Below, piece by piece: positions 63,501 to 64,000 of a stretch of 64,000 nt of DNA. Each line of letters starts with the position of its first letter. Position 1 is the stretch's first letter. Under the pieces are notes generated by a model, which saw nothing but the letters and a program-made list of their open reading frames with translations, did no database searches and was not told the DNA's origin. Origin of the DNA: a virus (lineage: Duplodnaviria > Caudoviricetes); the IMG/VR virus record IMGVR_UViG_3300009155_000035. The stretch is one strand, 5' to 3'. Made by a program: the position numbers and the translations under genes.

Positions 63501-64000
63501 CCGGGCTAATAAACAAGTCCTGTGCCGAGTCCCAATATGCAGGCAAATCAAAGTCTGTCAAGGTACCATTAAATGTGTCAAGACCTTGATATTTCAAATT
63601 AAACTCACGAATTTGTACGTGGTATGGTTTAACTTCTTGTATGTAATTTAAAACAAAGTCTTGATTATCTCGACGGTAGATTTGATATGGTACTAGGTCA
63701 CGAATAACATGGTCAACATCAATCAAACTTGTTTTGGTTAACCAATCAGGTGCTTCCTGTTCACTCATGATGTAATTAAACAATAACATCAATAAATTGT
63801 TGCGTTCAATCAGCAGATCATCAACAAATAGTTCTTCATTGATGGCTTGTATAATTTTTCTTGTTTCAATAGTGGGTGCTTGGTCAAAGTATTGAGCGTC
63901 AAACACTTCACTATCAAATCCAAATCGTCCCACAGAGTAATCCCACAGAGAAGTTGAGAAACTAATAGTTCCGTCTTGCAATGCCACACGAGTCCAGGCA
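60580..64000 (-). CDS. Large baseplate-wedge-like structural protein (truncated by window edge)
   Basis: VKPYHVQIREF; IIDGGSGYSTPPEVTV..DPGEGY repeats; frame continues to the window end. Confidence 0.7.
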   Translation of the reverse strand, partial: AWTRVALQDGTISFSTSLWDYSVGRFGFDSEVFDAQYFDQAPTIETRKIIQAINEELFVDDLLIERNNLLMLLFNYIMSEQEAPDWLTKTSLIDVDHVIRDLVPYQIYRRDNQDFVLNYIQEVKPYHVQIREFNLKYQGLDTFNGTLTDFDLPAYWDSAQDLFISPVLDNTGTLSTTSSLPSTSPVWTTFPWNQWYQNYLLSLDGVTIIDGGSGYSTPPEVTVTGDCIRQAVVTATINSAGQVNSIVVVDPGEGYSTTATITFTGGNGSGAVAVAVLGNAKVRNLLTVIRYDRYQYTSDVSIWESDTTYPSGSLVRYDDRVWEANTEVQTAEFDPSNWTLVPAGDLSGVNRTWGYYVPTPNQPGLDLALLMTGIDYPGVQVMAPSFAQDTGFDVGGFDITPFDNISYAPDGTPTYDPAILDAIYSSEFTDPYLGILPAPAYDGAPPTTGPANAISVNGGAFVDTYESHAPEELVPGITYDTLDMRVFTTPGSDWEGNGHGFPIATRNFVMGDGNMSFAGALDYPVVVQVYNQTQGLELDVGVDFTVDWVNYTISVTQHAVAGNVISVNVYALGGGNQMYTNTYIGSVVEDTIVIPIETSLINSFAIFVNGVQNTDYTYDAVGSGNTVITFGTVFTSNDRITLTALGNTTAGVSDGWSIPITQYFLSTGSLSYTLSNSLSGTNPANIIVNKNGVRARPSEGVEYIGDGSTVDYDLPSNGGYSLSLVSDNDVSVYVNNVPLVLGVGFVVNPVDGSYRTVTLTTPPAINAQVLISVRTKAQYWAMGTTLAFQAGQGLVPISGDIISVTTWNNTSEQNLVTQVFVGPSTRGLVISEAYDSTPYDEGNIVDDPGTYDYSEGTLIESNRFDTGRTIVDTNRLIVTLDGFYLFPEVDWVADGTNVIILGPTINNSQVVVITSMTDRVVPGAIAFRIFQDMRGIQTTYRITTNSTTALAQALSADDDTIYVDNASNLSEPNLAEGIFGLITINGERIAYRERDIVANTISSLRRGTSGTAAASHEVDTPVYDIGKGNMLTAEYQNYVQYQNYLANGINTTYTTDSIVVSTADAVEVYVGGLLQTTGYTVTQLDTVEIEFDEAPTAGYQVSIRVMRGKSWYEPGSGTASNGVPLQETYTEAARFIRGN

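Overview
This 64 kb window reads as a segment of a large lytic dsDNA tailed phage (jumbo/huge-phage style), not a cellular chromosome. It has tail-fibre and baseplate-type structural genes at both ends, densely packed ORFs with ATGA/TAATG overlaps, and both consensus sigma70 promoters and T4-late-like TAAATA boxes. I found no rRNA, CRISPR array, integrase or transposase. A Betaproteobacterial host is inferred from the Bug/TctC-type transporter, the tmRNA tag ANDEQFALAA and a DUF4214-like surface protein. Main blocks: (1) 1-3.2 kb, tail fibre; (2) 3.2-3.8 kb, leader-peptide attenuator plus a candidate ncRNA; (3) 3.9-11 kb, S-layer-like protein, two B12-radical SAM enzymes and tctB/tctA; (4) 11-18.4 kb, 29 CCA-encoding tRNAs covering all 20 amino acids, mostly behind rrn-like tandem promoters with a boxB/boxA-like site and interleaved with several unexplained structured RNAs closed by long stems; (5) 19.9-21.3 kb, RNase H-like protein, RpoZ, and a circularly permuted tmRNA whose intervening segment encodes a Bfd-like Cys4 peptide; (6) 22-29 kb, tctC, MoxR/vWA pair and thyX; (7) 29-57 kb, an unusually large sugar-tailoring cluster (epimerases, DegT aminotransferase, amidinotransferase, carbamoyltransferase, SGNH proteins, glycosyltransferases, a 2OG-Fe-like protein, 7 radical SAM enzymes, a PBP7-like peptidase); (8) 57-64 kb, virion structural genes. 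All family calls come from motifs recognised by eye; no database search or folding program was run.
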